Shown in pieces: positions 16,955 through 26,843 of a DNA stretch of 50,592 nucleotides. The stretch covers positions 1-50,592 of the forward strand of contig CAZQNA010000009.1 in assembly GCA_964594835.1 (NCBI GenBank). The letters run 5' to 3'. Made by a program: the position numbers and the translations under genes. Origin of the DNA: an uncultured Nitrososphaerota archaeon. GTDB lineage: Archaea > Korarchaeota > Korarchaeia > Korarchaeales > Korarchaeaceae. Under the pieces are notes generated by a model. It had not been told where the DNA came from, searched no databases, and saw nothing but the letters and a program-made list of their open reading frames with translations. Positions within the stretch are counted from its first letter, which is position 1, and each line of letters starts with the position of its first letter.

Positions 16955-18886
16955 TCAAGCCAGAGAGAGCCTCTCAGATACCCTAGGAGCCAGGACCGCT
17001 GCCTGGCCCCGGAACGTCCTCTCGGCTATGGGGCGGAAGGAGGCTATCTTCCTCTCCTCCCCGTGGACCAGTATGAACCTCCTGGGCCTCGGTGAGACCC
17101 TGCCCATCCAGCTGAGCAGCTGAACTCTGTCGGCGTGGGCGGAGAAGCCCTCGACCGAGCAGACGCAGGCCCTGACCTGAACCCTGGTCGGGGCGCCGTT
17201 CCTCGTGACCGTGATCTCCTTGGCGCCCTCCTTGAGAGCCCTTCCGAGGGTTCCCGGGGGCTGATAGCTGACCAGAACGACCGCGTTCCTCTCGTCCCCC
17301 GCCAGCATTGAGAGGTACTCGACGCTTGGCCCTCCTGCCAGCATACCGGACGGGGCGAGTATTATGGCTGGACCGCCCTCCACTATGGCCTCCCTGTCCT
17401 CCCTGCTGCTCACCGGCGTGATGTGGGGCTCCGTGAAGGGATCCACGTCCTCCCTGAACACCTTGGACTTCATGTAGTCGGACATGTAGTCCGGGTAGGC
17501 GGTGTGTATGGCAGTGGCGTCGTATATCATTCCGTCGATGTACACGGGGATGTCGGGGAGCTCCCCCTTGGAGAAGGCGTCGACCAGGCTCAGCATGACC
17601 TCCTGCGCCCTGCCGACCGAGAGGGCTGGGATCAGCACCTTCCCCCCCTTCGCGACGGTCTCCTCGATTATGGAGATGAGCTGACGCTCGGCCTCCTGAA
17701 GGGGGGGCATGACGTCCCCCTCTCCGGAGTACGTGGTCTCCATTATGACGGTCTCGACCCGCGGGAACTTCGTGTGGGCCCTGCTCAGGAGCTTGGTGTC
17801 CCTGTACCTGAAGTCCCCCGTGTAGAGGATGTTGTGCCTGGCGCTCAGCACGTTTAGATGGGCCAGGGCCGAGCCGAGTATGTGACCGGCGTTGTAGAAG
17901 GTCAGCTTTATGTCGGGTGAGATGTCGACGGTCTCTCCGTAGTCGAGGGCTATCATGTGGTTTATCAGGAGCCTTATCTCCCTCTCGCCGAAGTAGGGGA
18001 GCTTTCCGGTTCGCATGGACACGTTGATGTAGTCGTACAGGAGGAGAGTTATCAGGTCCCTCGTCGGCCTGGTGACGTAGACCGGCCCCCTGTAGCCGTA
18101 CTTGAAGAGGAGCGGCAGAGCCCCCGAGTGGTCCAGGTGGGCGTGGGTCACTATCACCGCGTCCAGCTCGTCGAGATCGAGGTCCGGAAGATCGTACCTG
18201 GGGAAGAACTCCCCGCCCCCAACCCCTATCCCGGCGTCGAGGAGCACGGCGCTCTCTCCTGTCCTGACGAGGAGGCTGGACCTCCCCACCTCCCTGGCGC
18301 CCCCAAGGAACGTCACCGTCAGCCCCCTGCCCAGAGGGACGGGGTTCCTGAAGATCCTCTTGGCCATCCTCCTGAGGTTCTTCTTCCTCTCGTGGGCCCC
18401 CTCGATCAGGAGATTGTACAGGATGTTGAGGAAGGTGGACTGCATCGTGGGAGCTCTCATAACGACCGGGCGCCATCCCGTGGCCTTTAGAACCTCGTTG
18501 ATGCTGGATCCGGCCTTTCCCACCACGTAGCCCGTCCTCTTGGCGAGGATGTACACCTCCCCCGTCTCCTCGACGAACTCGGTGTCGACGATCTCGGCGC
18601 GGTCGGGGATGATCTCCTTGATCTTCCTCTTCGCCTCCTGGGGTGAGAGGATGGGCTTCGCCGCTCGGATTATGATCTTCTTCTTCAGGGTCTTGGCAAT
18701 CTCGCCCAGGACTCCCCCGCTGTCGAGGAAGTCGGGGAGGCTTGAGACGTAGGCCACGACGAACGGCCCCTCGAGCTCGACCTTCTCAACCTTTCCAAGC
18801 TTAGAGAGCTCCGCGCGGACCTTTCTCTTGAGCTGATCCGCAGGGAGATACTTCAGCTCGTGCCGGGACGTCATGCTGGCCGCCAC
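16955..18886 (-). CDS. fttA: aCPSF1/FttA beta-CASP ribonuclease with KH domains
   Basis: GGAREVGRS, HAHLDH, AGHILGS, FSAHAD, LVHGE; next to psmB. Confidence 0.95.
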   Translation of the reverse strand: MAASMTSRHELKYLPADQLKRKVRAELSKLGKVEKVELEGPFVVAYVSSLPDFLDSGGVLGEIAKTLKKKIIIRAAKPILSPQEAKRKIKEIIPDRAEIVDTEFVEETGEVYILAKRTGYVVGKAGSSINEVLKATGWRPVVMRAPTMQSTFLNILYNLLIEGAHERKKNLRRMAKRIFRNPVPLGRGLTVTFLGGAREVGRSSLLVRTGESAVLLDAGIGVGGGEFFPRYDLPDLDLDELDAVIVTHAHLDHSGALPLLFKYGYRGPVYVTRPTRDLITLLLYDYINVSMRTGKLPYFGEREIRLLINHMIALDYGETVDISPDIKLTFYNAGHILGSALAHLNVLSARHNILYTGDFRYRDTKLLSRAHTKFPRVETVIMETTYSGEGDVMPPLQEAERQLISIIEETVAKGGKVLIPALSVGRAQEVMLSLVDAFSKGELPDIPVYIDGMIYDATAIHTAYPDYMSDYMKSKVFREDVDPFTEPHITPVSSREDREAIVEGGPAIILAPSGMLAGGPSVEYLSMLAGDERNAVVLVSYQPPGTLGRALKEGAKEITVTRNGAPTRVQVRACVCSVEGFSAHADRVQLLSWMGRVSPRPRRFILVHGEERKIASFRPIAERTFRGQAAVLAPRVSERLSLA

Positions 18887-18887
18887 C

Positions 18888-19631
18888 CTACCTCACGGCC
18901 TTGAGGAGTTCGTCGATCTCCCTCGGGGTCAGGAACTTGACCCCCTCCCCGGTGACCACGGCGACGTCCATCCCGTCCCCGGTGGCGGAGTCCCTTGATA
19001 TCGCCGCGGCCATCGCCGACAGGACCAGACCCTTGGCCTCCTCGACGGTCATGCCATCGCGGTACCCCTCCTCGATGACCGATATCGCCACGGGAGACCC
19101 AGAACCGGTCGCCAGGTACTCCTCCTCTGTCATGGTCCCGAAGAAGTCCACGTTGAACAGGCGCGGCCCCGTGTGGTCCACCCCCCCGATTATCATGTGG
19201 GCGATCAGCAGGACCGGCCTGAAGGACTTCAGAAGGAGTGCGAGGTAGCGTGCCTTTGCGGAGACCGGCATGTCCCTCCCGTGCTCTAGTCTGTAGAGCG
19301 AGGAGAAGGTCTTCAGGTTGTTCACGAGGAACTGACCGTCGGCCACCAGGCCGGATATGGTGACGACGCTCCTGTCGTCGATCTGTATCATCTTCTTGGC
19401 CCGCTTGCTGGCCACGAAGGTCTCCGCAGAGGCCCTCCTGTCGGAGGCTATGACCAGACCACCGTCCGCCTTGACGCCGACGGTCGTGGTGCCCTTGAGG
19501 AGCCTCTCTCTGATCCTCTCAAGCTCGGGCCCCTTTAGGGGAGGCCTACCCAGGACCTCGTTTGGGAGCATCTCTGACATCTCCTTCCACGGCGTGTGGA
19601 AAAGCGGGGCGCGTGTCTCAGCGCTCCTCAC
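18888..19631 (-). CDS. psmB: Proteasome subunit beta (start may be ATG 19580)
   Basis: KG|TTTVG, ASDRRAS, ATGSGS, RDSATG. Confidence 0.95.
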   Translation of the reverse strand: MRSAETRAPLFHTPWKEMSEMLPNEVLGRPPLKGPELERIRERLLKGTTTVGVKADGGLVIASDRRASAETFVASKRAKKMIQIDDRSVVTISGLVADGQFLVNNLKTFSSLYRLEHGRDMPVSAKARYLALLLKSFRPVLLIAHMIIGGVDHTGPRLFNVDFFGTMTEEEYLATGSGSPVAISVIEEGYRDGMTVEEAKGLVLSAMAAAISRDSATGDGMDVAVVTGEGVKFLTPREIDELLKAVR

Positions 19632-19693
19632 TCCCCTTGTGGGTCGCGTATTAATAAGGATTGGTGAGGCCCGGCCCTGAAAGGGTCGGAGGG

Positions 19694-20143
19694 TTGGGGA
19701 GAACGGTAGTCACGCTGGTCCCCGAGGGCCAGGCAAGGGCTGGGTACCGCTTCCTGTTCACGGGACCCTCGGAGTCGTGCTCCAAGTGCCGACTGAGGTC
19801 GGTTTGCGCCGACAACCTGATGGAGGGTCGGGTATACGAGGTGGTCTCGGCCATCCCCAAGAAGAGGTTTCCGTGCGCCCTGCACGGATCTGACGTGGTC
19901 CCCGTGGAGGTCCACATACCCACGCTGGAGCTGGCCATCCCGAAGCGCAAGGCCGTGGTCGGGGCCCTCTTGAGGTTCAAGACGCCCAGCTGCTACGAAG
20001 ATTGTGAGAGGGGGGATCTCTGTAGCCCTCCCGGGCTCAGAAACGGAGACAGAATAAGGGTGGTTGAGGTCCTCCCCAAGAGCGTGGAGTGTCCCCGCGG
20101 GGAGGACCTGGCGGCCTGCCTGGTCGAGATCCAGGGGGTCTAG
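19694..20143 (+). CDS. UPF0179 family protein
   Basis: VTLV...GYRFLF...CSKC...C..NL.EGRVYEV, CALH, ECP; SD-led TTG 19694. Confidence 0.8.
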   Translation: MGRTVVTLVPEGQARAGYRFLFTGPSESCSKCRLRSVCADNLMEGRVYEVVSAIPKKRFPCALHGSDVVPVEVHIPTLELAIPKRKAVVGALLRFKTPSCYEDCERGDLCSPPGLRNGDRIRVVEVLPKSVECPRGEDLAACLVEIQGV

Positions 20144-20145
20144 CC

Positions 20146-20949
20146 TCACCCCGAAACTTGATCGGCTGGCTCCTCCTCCCTGATCTCAGCGCCCTCCCCT
20201 CCCTCGACCACCGATTCCTCGACCTCCCCTCCTCCCTCGGCGCCCTCCTGCGGGACCTCGTACTCCTCCACAAACCTGACCTTGTTCAGTCCCTTCAGCC
20301 ACCTCATGACGGCGGACATGGTCCTGATCTTCCTCACGAAGGCGTCCCTCCTGGTGTAGGCCGCTGGTGGAAGCTCCACCTTGGCGACGTCCCCGTCGAC
20401 CCTGGCGCCCACCCTGTCGATCGGGACGTCGAAGTACCTGGCCACGAGGGCCCTGAGCCTCTCCGAGGCGTCGGTCAGAATTGCCCTGGGCTTCAGCCAC
20501 ACCCTTATTCTCCTGCCCGCGAGGGGGTGGTTGAAGTCTATCCTCACCCTCCCGCCGGTTATAGACCGGACGACCCCCCTCTCGTCGCCGTACCTCACGA
20601 CGTCGCCGACCGCCACGTCTTTGATGCCGGCCTTTCTGAGTCTGGAGATGGGGAATATCCTCTCCTTGTCGGGGTCGTACTCCCCGAACGCGTCCCTCGG
20701 CTCCAGCTCAACCTCGACCTCCTCCTCGGCGCGGCGTCCGATCAGCGACTCCTCCGCCCTCTTGAAGATCCTGCCCTCACCAACCACGATGAGCATGGGC
20801 TCGTACAGGTCGTCTGGAGAGTAGATCCCGGCCTGCCGGGCCTCCTCCTCGATGGTGGTCATGTAGACCTTCCCGGTCTCGGCGTCCTCGACCCTGATGT
20901 CCACTAGGACGAAGTCCCCCTCCTCGATCTCCTCCCGTGCCCCGGGCAT
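20146..20949 (-). CDS. slyD: FKBP-type peptidyl-prolyl isomerase (long archaeal SlyD type)
   Basis: GDFVLV, AFGEYD, GGRVRIDFNHPLAG. Confidence 0.92.
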   Translation of the reverse strand: MPGAREEIEEGDFVLVDIRVEDAETGKVYMTTIEEEARQAGIYSPDDLYEPMLIVVGEGRIFKRAEESLIGRRAEEEVEVELEPRDAFGEYDPDKERIFPISRLRKAGIKDVAVGDVVRYGDERGVVRSITGGRVRIDFNHPLAGRRIRVWLKPRAILTDASERLRALVARYFDVPIDRVGARVDGDVAKVELPPAAYTRRDAFVRKIRTMSAVMRWLKGLNKVRFVEEYEVPQEGAEGGGEVEESVVEGGEGAEIREEEPADQVSG

Positions 20950-20960
20950 TGAGCTCCACC

Positions 20961-22406
20961 TCACCCCTTGACCACGCCTATCGGCCTGAGCCTGGCGACC
21001 ATCCTGGCTATCCCCGCCTTGTGGGTGGCCAGAACCACCTCATCCACGTCCTTGTACGCGCCGGGGGCCTCCTCTGCGGCCACGGCCAGGGAGGCCGGCT
21101 TCACTATGATCCCCTTCCTGGCGAGCATCTCCACGATCTGGCTCCCCCTGTAGGTCCGCTTGGCGCGGGCCCTGCTCATCACCCTGCCGGCGCCGTGGGC
21201 GGAGGTGCCGAAGGTTTCCCGCATGGCCTGCTCGGTGCCGACCATGACGTAGCTGGCGGTCCCCTGAGACCCAGGAATCAGGACGGGCTGGCCGATGTCC
21301 CTGTAGTCCGGCGGGATCTCCGGCCTGCCGGGCGGAAAGGCCCTGGTGGCCCCTTTCCTGTGCACGAAGACCTTGACGGTCTTTCCGTCCACCACGTGCT
21401 CCTCCAGCTTGGCTATGTTGTGGGCGACGTCGTAGACCATCCTCATCCCCATGTCCTCGGCCGACCTCCCAAAGACCGCCTCGAAGGACTCCCTGACCCA
21501 GTGGACGATCATCTGCCTGTTAGCCCAGGCGTAGTTCGCGGCCCCCTTCATCGCGGAGAAGTATCTCTGGGCCAGCTTGGAGCCAGCGTAGGCGCAGACG
21601 AGCTGCCTGTCGGGCAGCCTGAAGTCCAGATTTCGGGCCTCCCTGAGCATCAGGCCCAGGTAGTCGTCGGCGACCTGGTGGCCGAAGCCCCTGCTCCCCG
21701 TGTGGATCATCACGGTGATCTGGCCCGGCCCCTCGATGCCCATCACCCTCGCGGCCTCGGGGTCGTAGATCTTGTCCACGACCTGGACCTCGAGGAAGTG
21801 GTTCCCGCTGCCGAGGGAACCGAGCTGGGGGGCGCCCCGCTCCTTGGCCCTGCGTCCGATGGCGCTGGGGTCGGCCCCCTCCATCATCCCGCCCTCCTCG
21901 GTGTGGGCCAGGTCCTCCTCCCAGCCGTACCCGTTCTCGACGGCCCACCTGGCGCCCATCGATATGACCTCGTCCAGCTGGGCGGGGGAGAGCCTGACCT
22001 TGCCCCTGCTGCCCAGCCCTGATGGCACGTTGGAGAACAGCTTCTCGACGAGCTGCTTGAGCTTTGGACGCACGTCGGACTCCCTCAGATCCGTCCTGAG
22101 TAGCCTCACCCCGCAGTTGATGTCGAACCCCACCCCTCCGGGGCTTATCACCCCCTCGTGGGCGTCGAAGGCGGCGACGCCACCTATGGGAAATCCATAG
22201 CCCGAGTGCATGTCCGGCATGGCCAGGGAGTACTTGTAGATCCCTGGCAGCGTGGCCACGTTCGCCAGCTGATCCACCGACATCTTCTCGACGCCGCGGA
22301 TGAGTTTCTCGGTGGAGATTATGAGCCCAGGGACCCTCATTCTGGCCTTGTACCCCTTGGGGAGGAGCCACCTGACCTCGTCAATCCTCTGGAGGACGGA
22401 GAGCAT
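20961..22406 (-). CDS. rtcB: tRNA-splicing ligase RtcB
   Basis: [40 protein letters not shown]. Confidence 0.97.
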   Translation of the reverse strand: MLSVLQRIDEVRWLLPKGYKARMRVPGLIISTEKLIRGVEKMSVDQLANVATLPGIYKYSLAMPDMHSGYGFPIGGVAAFDAHEGVISPGGVGFDINCGVRLLRTDLRESDVRPKLKQLVEKLFSNVPSGLGSRGKVRLSPAQLDEVISMGARWAVENGYGWEEDLAHTEEGGMMEGADPSAIGRRAKERGAPQLGSLGSGNHFLEVQVVDKIYDPEAARVMGIEGPGQITVMIHTGSRGFGHQVADDYLGLMLREARNLDFRLPDRQLVCAYAGSKLAQRYFSAMKGAANYAWANRQMIVHWVRESFEAVFGRSAEDMGMRMVYDVAHNIAKLEEHVVDGKTVKVFVHRKGATRAFPPGRPEIPPDYRDIGQPVLIPGSQGTASYVMVGTEQAMRETFGTSAHGAGRVMSRARAKRTYRGSQIVEMLARKGIIVKPASLAVAAEEAPGAYKDVDEVVLATHKAGIARMVARLRPIGVVKG

Positions 22407-22473
22407 GAATCACACCTCGGCGCGCCCCGCCCCCGAGGGGGAATAAAAATTCGGGGAGGGGGCGCGTCGAGCG

Positions 22474-23343
22474 GTGCGCGTATTCGCCGGCGTCGACCGG
22501 GAGATGCTCGAGAGGTACAGGCTCCTAATGGCCGAGTACGGCATAAGCCTCAGGAGGGAGGTTGGGCAGCACCTACTGCTCAACCCGGACGCCCTGGACC
22601 TAATGGTGGAATCCGCGGGGGTGGGCGGGTCCGACCTGGTGCTGGAGGTTGGCCCGGGCCCGGGAAATCTCACAGAGAGGGTCGTCGAGAGGAGGCCCAG
22701 GTCCCTCACCCTGGTTGAGAAGGATCCGAGGTTCGTCAGGCTCCTCACGGAGAGGTTCGGGGACCTCGGGTGGGTGAGGGTCATCAGGGGAAGCGCCCTC
22801 AGGGTCCTGCCGGACGGCCTCCACTCCGTCATGGTGTCTAATCCGCCCTACGGGATATCCTCCAGGCTGGTCGTGGGGCTCTCACTCAGCGGCTTTGACA
22901 GGGCTGTGCTCACGTTCCAGAGGGAGTTCGGGGCGAGGCTCACCGCCGACCCGGGCGACCACTCCTACGGCAGCCTGTCGGTGCTCGCCCAGGTGAGGTA
23001 CACCGTCGTCCCCCTCGCGCTCCTGAGGTCCTCCTGCTTCTACCCGAGGCCAAGGGTTGACACCGTCATGCTGCTCCTGAGGTCGCGGAGGCCCCCAGAT
23101 CCGGACCTGATTACCCTGAAGGGGATCCTCCCCCACCTCTTCTCGAGGAAGAAGAGGACCCTCCGAGCGGCCCTGAGGGGGTGGCTCAGGGGCGTGCTCG
23201 GGCTTAACGAGCCAGACCTATCGCGCGTCCTAGACGCGTGCCCGATCCCCACGGAAGAGAGGGTGTATCGAATCTCCCCGGACGACTACCTGAGGCTGGC
23301 CTCCTTCCTGAGGGGTGTCTCAGATGAGGCTGGCGGAGGTTGA
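22474..23343 (+). CDS. rsmA: 16S rRNA dimethyladenosine transferase RsmA/KsgA
   Basis: GQHLL, LEVGPGPGNLT, SNPPYGISS, YGSLSV, FYPRPRVD. Confidence 0.93.
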   Translation: MRVFAGVDREMLERYRLLMAEYGISLRREVGQHLLLNPDALDLMVESAGVGGSDLVLEVGPGPGNLTERVVERRPRSLTLVEKDPRFVRLLTERFGDLGWVRVIRGSALRVLPDGLHSVMVSNPPYGISSRLVVGLSLSGFDRAVLTFQREFGARLTADPGDHSYGSLSVLAQVRYTVVPLALLRSSCFYPRPRVDTVMLLLRSRRPPDPDLITLKGILPHLFSRKKRTLRAALRGWLRGVLGLNEPDLSRVLDACPIPTEERVYRISPDDYLRLASFLRGVSDEAGGG

Positions 23344-23923
23344 GGTGGAGGGGCTGAGGCTCAGCGTGCCAGAGTCGGTGTACCCGCCCGAGGTTGACAC
23401 CGCGCTCATGTTGAGGTGCCTGCGAGGGATCGGCCTAGCTGGCAGGAGGGTGCTGGACCTCTGCACCGGCTCAGGGGCGCTGGCCGTGGCTGCAGCCCTG
23501 CTGGGAGCCCGGGAGGTGATTGCCACGGACATCAATCCCGCGTGCGAGCTGGCCGTGCGCCTGAACTCCGAGAGATACGGGGTGCGGATAGAGTTCAGGC
23601 TCGGGGACCTCTTTCGGCCCGTCGAGGGAGAGATGTTCGACCTAATCACCATCAATCCCCCGTATCTGGCCGAGGAGCCTCGAGATCTAGCCTCGGCCGC
23701 CTGGGCGGGCGGTCCGAGGGGGAGGAGGATCATAGACCGCTTCGTCCTCGGAGTCGGCGGGCACCTGAGACCCGGCGGGGAGGCGCTCCTCCTGCAGGCC
23801 GAGTCCAACGGCCTGGGCGAGACGCTGGAACTCGCCCGAGAGGTGGGCCTGCGCGCCGAACCCGTCATGTCGGAGAAGGTGGCGTTCGACAGGCTGTGGG
23901 TTGTGAGGATCACCCACCCCTGA
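23324..23923 (+). CDS. HemK2/PrmC-like N5-glutamine methyltransferase
   Basis: VYPPEVDT, LDLCTGSG, NPPY, WAGG. Confidence 0.88.
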   Translation: MRLAEVEVEGLRLSVPESVYPPEVDTALMLRCLRGIGLAGRRVLDLCTGSGALAVAAALLGAREVIATDINPACELAVRLNSERYGVRIEFRLGDLFRPVEGEMFDLITINPPYLAEEPRDLASAAWAGGPRGRRIIDRFVLGVGGHLRPGGEALLLQAESNGLGETLELAREVGLRAEPVMSEKVAFDRLWVVRITHP

Positions 23924-24128
23924 GGGCCTCCAGCGCCTCCTTGGCCATCTTGTAGTGCTTCTTGCACAGCGGAATCTGCCTCAGCCCCCTACCCTTCAGG
24001 CGCAGCTTGAGCGCCTGGAGGGCGGGCACGAAGGATCTCCCCACGACCTTGGCCGCCGGCTCGTCGCACCCGACGACTGCGCAGGTCTTCCTCTCGACGT
24101 CAGCTCCCTCCCCAGCCAAACCGATCAC
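23910..24128 (-). CDS. Small putative Zn-binding archaeal protein
   Basis: CAVVGC...LCKKHYK pattern. Confidence 0.65.
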   Translation of the reverse strand: MIGLAGEGADVERKTCAVVGCDEPAAKVVGRSFVPALQALKLRLKGRGLRQIPLCKKHYKMAKEALEALRGG

Positions 24129-24140
24129 CTCGCTGTTGGG

Positions 24141-24219
24141 TGGCGGGCCCGGCGGGACTTGAACCCGCGACCACCGGCTCCGGAGGCCGGCGCTCTGATC
24201 CGTGCTGAGCTACGGGCCC
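24141..24219 (-). tRNA. tRNA-Arg(CCG)
   Basis: Cloverleaf; CCGGC-CT-CCG-GA-GCCGG; GTTCAAGTC; encoded CCA. Confidence 0.95.
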
Positions 24220-24263
24220 CAGCCAAGAGCGGCTCACGGAAAAATTAACGTTGCGTCCAGCTA

Positions 24264-24428
24264 CTACCCGGTCTTGAACTCGGTGTACCCGCACTTGCCG
24301 CAGGTCCACCTGTTCTCGTGTTCGGCCATGAAGGACCCGCACCTGGGGCACTGCCTCTTCTTTCTGACTAGCTTGCCATCCTTAATCTCGTAGTAGGTGT
24401 GGACCCGGACGTTCGCGTGCTTGACCAA
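24264..24428 (-). CDS. rps27ae: 30S ribosomal protein S27ae (absent from the ORF track)
   Basis: Read by hand: [40 protein letters not shown]. Confidence 0.95.
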   Translation of the reverse strand: MVKHANVRVHTYYEIKDGKLVRKKRQCPRCGSFMAEHENRWTCGKCGYTEFKTG

Positions 24429-24442
24429 CGACCGCACCTCCC

Positions 24443-24748
24443 TCAGCTCGCCTGCTCCTCGCCCCCGGCCTCCCCGCCCTCGTTTCTCCTCACGACGTGC
24501 TCTGGCTCTATCTGCAGCGCGTAGTCCCTGTCGTCATACGCCATCGCCAGGACGCGCGCCCGGTGGGACCCGTACTCCGTGAGGACCCTCCGCACGAACA
24601 CGACCCCCACGTCCCTGCCGAGAGCCTTGGCCAGGGCCTCCCGGACCTCCCTCCTGGTGGGGGTTCCGCCCTCGAAGGACACGGTCGCCCTGATCTCCTC
24701 CCTGCGCAGGAGCGGGTTTCGACGCCTCTCCTCTATCTTGATTTCCAT
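24443..24748 (-). CDS. rps24e: 30S ribosomal protein S24e
   Basis: [22 protein letters not shown]. Confidence 0.95.
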   Translation of the reverse strand: MEIKIEERRRNPLLRREEIRATVSFEGGTPTRREVREALAKALGRDVGVVFVRRVLTEYGSHRARVLAMAYDDRDYALQIEPEHVVRRNEGGEAGGEEQAS

Positions 24749-24811
24749 GGGGAGACCCTCGGCACGCGACCCCCGGCCGGCCTATTAAAGGGTGGCGTTC
24801 CGCCCCCCTCA

Positions 24812-25003
24812 CTACTCGAGCACCCTGAGGGCGTACATCCCCGACCTGGATATGGCGAGCCTCTTGGCGAGGACGGAGCGGACCGGGTCGATCACGGCGA
24901 CGACGCCCTCCCAGTTTGGCGTCAGATCCGTTGAACCGCACACGGGACAAGAGTCCCCGTCTGTGAGGGCCTTGTCCCTCCTGCAGGCCCTAAGACGCGC
25001 CAC
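24812..25003 (-). CDS. spt4: Transcription elongation factor Spt4 (RpoE2)
   Basis: RAC...CPVCGS.DLTPNWEG...SVLAKRL...GMYAL. Confidence 0.92.
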   Translation of the reverse strand: MARLRACRRDKALTDGDSCPVCGSTDLTPNWEGVVAVIDPVRSVLAKRLAISRSGMYALRVLE

Positions 25004-25553
25004 CCTCGCTCACCCCCTGGGCCTCGACCTTCCCCATCCCGGGCTGCCTGCAGGTCAGCGAGACCCTCACTATGGGCTCCCCCCTGGCCGCCGCGGCCGG
25101 GCTGGGCCTGCTCACCCCGGTGACCCTCGCCCTCACCACGTCACCCCGTCGGTAGGTTGTCTTGGTCTTCCTCCCCTGGAGCACCCCGGCCCTGTGGACA
25201 AACACATCGTCCCCGAGCTGGGATATGTGGACGAAGCCGTCGATGGGCCCCATGGTGATTACGATCCCGTGCTCCAGGACCGCCTTGACCTCGCCCTCCA
25301 CGATCTCGTGGACCTTCGGGAGGAACGTGAGAACCTCGAACTCGGCGCGGAAGTAAACGGACGGGCTGGATATGAGCGCCTTGCCCAGGCTCACGTCCGA
25401 CACCCTCAGGACCTCGAGCACCAGCCCGACGTCCTCCAGGTACCTCCCGACGTACCTGGCCCGGAGTAGCTCTTCGGCCACCTCCCTCGGATCATCTCCC
25501 AGCTTCTTCGGGGGAACCCACACCATGTCGCTCATCCTGACCACGTAGTACAA
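24990..25553 (-). CDS. rpoE1: RNA polymerase subunit Rpo7 (E')
   Basis: VPP, EIVEGEV, GPIDGFVHISQ, GDVVRARV, LTCRQPGMGK; TTG 25553. Confidence 0.95.
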   Translation of the reverse strand: MYYVVRMSDMVWVPPKKLGDDPREVAEELLRARYVGRYLEDVGLVLEVLRVSDVSLGKALISSPSVYFRAEFEVLTFLPKVHEIVEGEVKAVLEHGIVITMGPIDGFVHISQLGDDVFVHRAGVLQGRKTKTTYRRGDVVRARVTGVSRPSPAAAARGEPIVRVSLTCRQPGMGKVEAQGVSEGGAS

Positions 25554-25570
25554 CCGATCACCCCCACAGC

Positions 25571-25972
25571 TCACGCCCTGAACTTGGCGGGGTCCTCGAG
25601 CACGAGCCTCTTGCCCGCCCTGAGGTACACGACCGGCACACCCCGCTCGAGGCACCTGTTCTTTAACGCATTGTCCAATGTTACCACCACCCTCCGGCCG
25701 GGCCCGGCGGAGGCGTACTCCACTATCGCCTCGTCCGCCGGTCTCTCGGCCTCCCTGACACCGACGCCAATCTCGGCCAGGGAGTTCAGGGCCGCCCTGG
25801 CGGCTGGGCTCCCCGAGCCCGCCTTCTCCCTCAGCTCCTCAAGGCATGGGCTGAGAGTGACGAGAGCCGCCCCAGGGACCAGGTCCATCAGGTGACTGAG
25901 GCTGATGGGGACCTTCTTTTCGAATATCCCCAGCAGAAAAGAGGTATCCAGCACGAGCTCCCTCTCGGTCAA
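25571..25972 (-). CDS. PIN-domain protein (Fcf1/Utp24-like)
   Basis: VLDTSFL, ADEAI, VVTLD, GVPVVYLR; the track's 5' extension runs into the tRNA. Confidence 0.85.
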   Translation of the reverse strand: MTERELVLDTSFLLGIFEKKVPISLSHLMDLVPGAALVTLSPCLEELREKAGSGSPAARAALNSLAEIGVGVREAERPADEAIVEYASAGPGRRVVVTLDNALKNRCLERGVPVVYLRAGKRLVLEDPAKFRA

Positions 25973-25993
25973 TGGCGGCCACCCAGTTGGGGG

Positions 25994-26100
25994 TGGTGGG
26001 CCCGGCGGGACTTGAACCCGCGACCTCCCGCTTTTCCTCTGGCTTGTGGCGGGAGCCGCCATATAAGGCGGGCGCTCTATCCAGGCTGAGCCACGGGCCC
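25994..26100 (-). tRNA. tRNA-Ile(UAU) with 29-nt intron (about 26033-26061)
   Basis: CCCGC-CT-TAT-A [intron] A-GCGGG; body nearly identical to the Ile(GAU) gene; encoded CCA. Confidence 0.9.
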
Positions 26101-26187
26101 CCGCCCCCGGCCCCAGCAGCCTGGCTGGCTTATATAAAGATAGAGAGGTGATGGGGGAAGGGGGTTGGGGCGGGACTGCCGGCTAGG

Positions 26188-26823
26188 ATGCCTGCGGCCA
26201 AGGTCTGGATAAGGGAGATCCTTGAGGGTCAGTTCGAGGACGTGAGCGTAGGGGCCGTCAGGTACTTCAGGCTTCCCAGCGGCGGGAGCGTCGTCTCCGT
26301 GAGGATCATGGGGGTCGTCGTCGACTCCTACATGAGCTCCGACGCCGGGCACGTCAGGGTCGTTCTGCAGGACGGGACCGGCTCCATCTCGGTCAGGGCG
26401 TGGGACCAAGACGTTGAACTCCTCGCCGACCCGGAGACCGGGTCGCCCTTCCCCCGCGGAACCATACTAGACGTGATCGGAAGGGTGAGGGAGTGGAGGG
26501 GGGAGAGGTACGTCGTCCCCCAGCTGACCGTCAGGGTCCAGGATCCCAACTGGGTCCTGGTGAGGACCTTGGAGATCCTGAGGGAGAGGCTCAGGGCTGC
26601 CGCGGCGGCCGCGGCCGGGGCCGGCGAGGAGGGAGTTACAGATCAGAGCGAACTCTTCGAGGAGATTCTGGGGCTTCTCAGGAGGGGGGGCCCGCTGACC
26701 GCTGAACAGATCGCCAGCGAGTTCCCGGAGGGCAGGCGGGAGGCCGTGTCTCGGGCCTTGGATCGCATGCTGGAGGAAGGGTTAATATACCTCGACGAGG
26801 AGGGGAGATACGTCATAGCGTGA
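26188..26823 (+). CDS. RPA32-like OB-fold ssDNA-binding protein with C-terminal winged helix
   Basis: VRIMGVVV, LQDGTGSISVRAW, DVIGRVREW, DPNW, wH tail LEEGLIY. Confidence 0.85.
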   Translation: MPAAKVWIREILEGQFEDVSVGAVRYFRLPSGGSVVSVRIMGVVVDSYMSSDAGHVRVVLQDGTGSISVRAWDQDVELLADPETGSPFPRGTILDVIGRVREWRGERYVVPQLTVRVQDPNWVLVRTLEILRERLRAAAAAAAGAGEEGVTDQSELFEEILGLLRRGGPLTAEQIASEFPEGRREAVSRALDRMLEEGLIYLDEEGRYVIA

Positions 26824-26843
26824 CGCTCAGAGGAGGTAGAATC

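Noticed and set aside
25973-26062. Peptide RSRVQVPPGPPP shared by several ORFs (also near 48790-48928 and 48950-49000)
   Set aside because: Translation of tRNA T-arm and acceptor sequence, not a protein repeat
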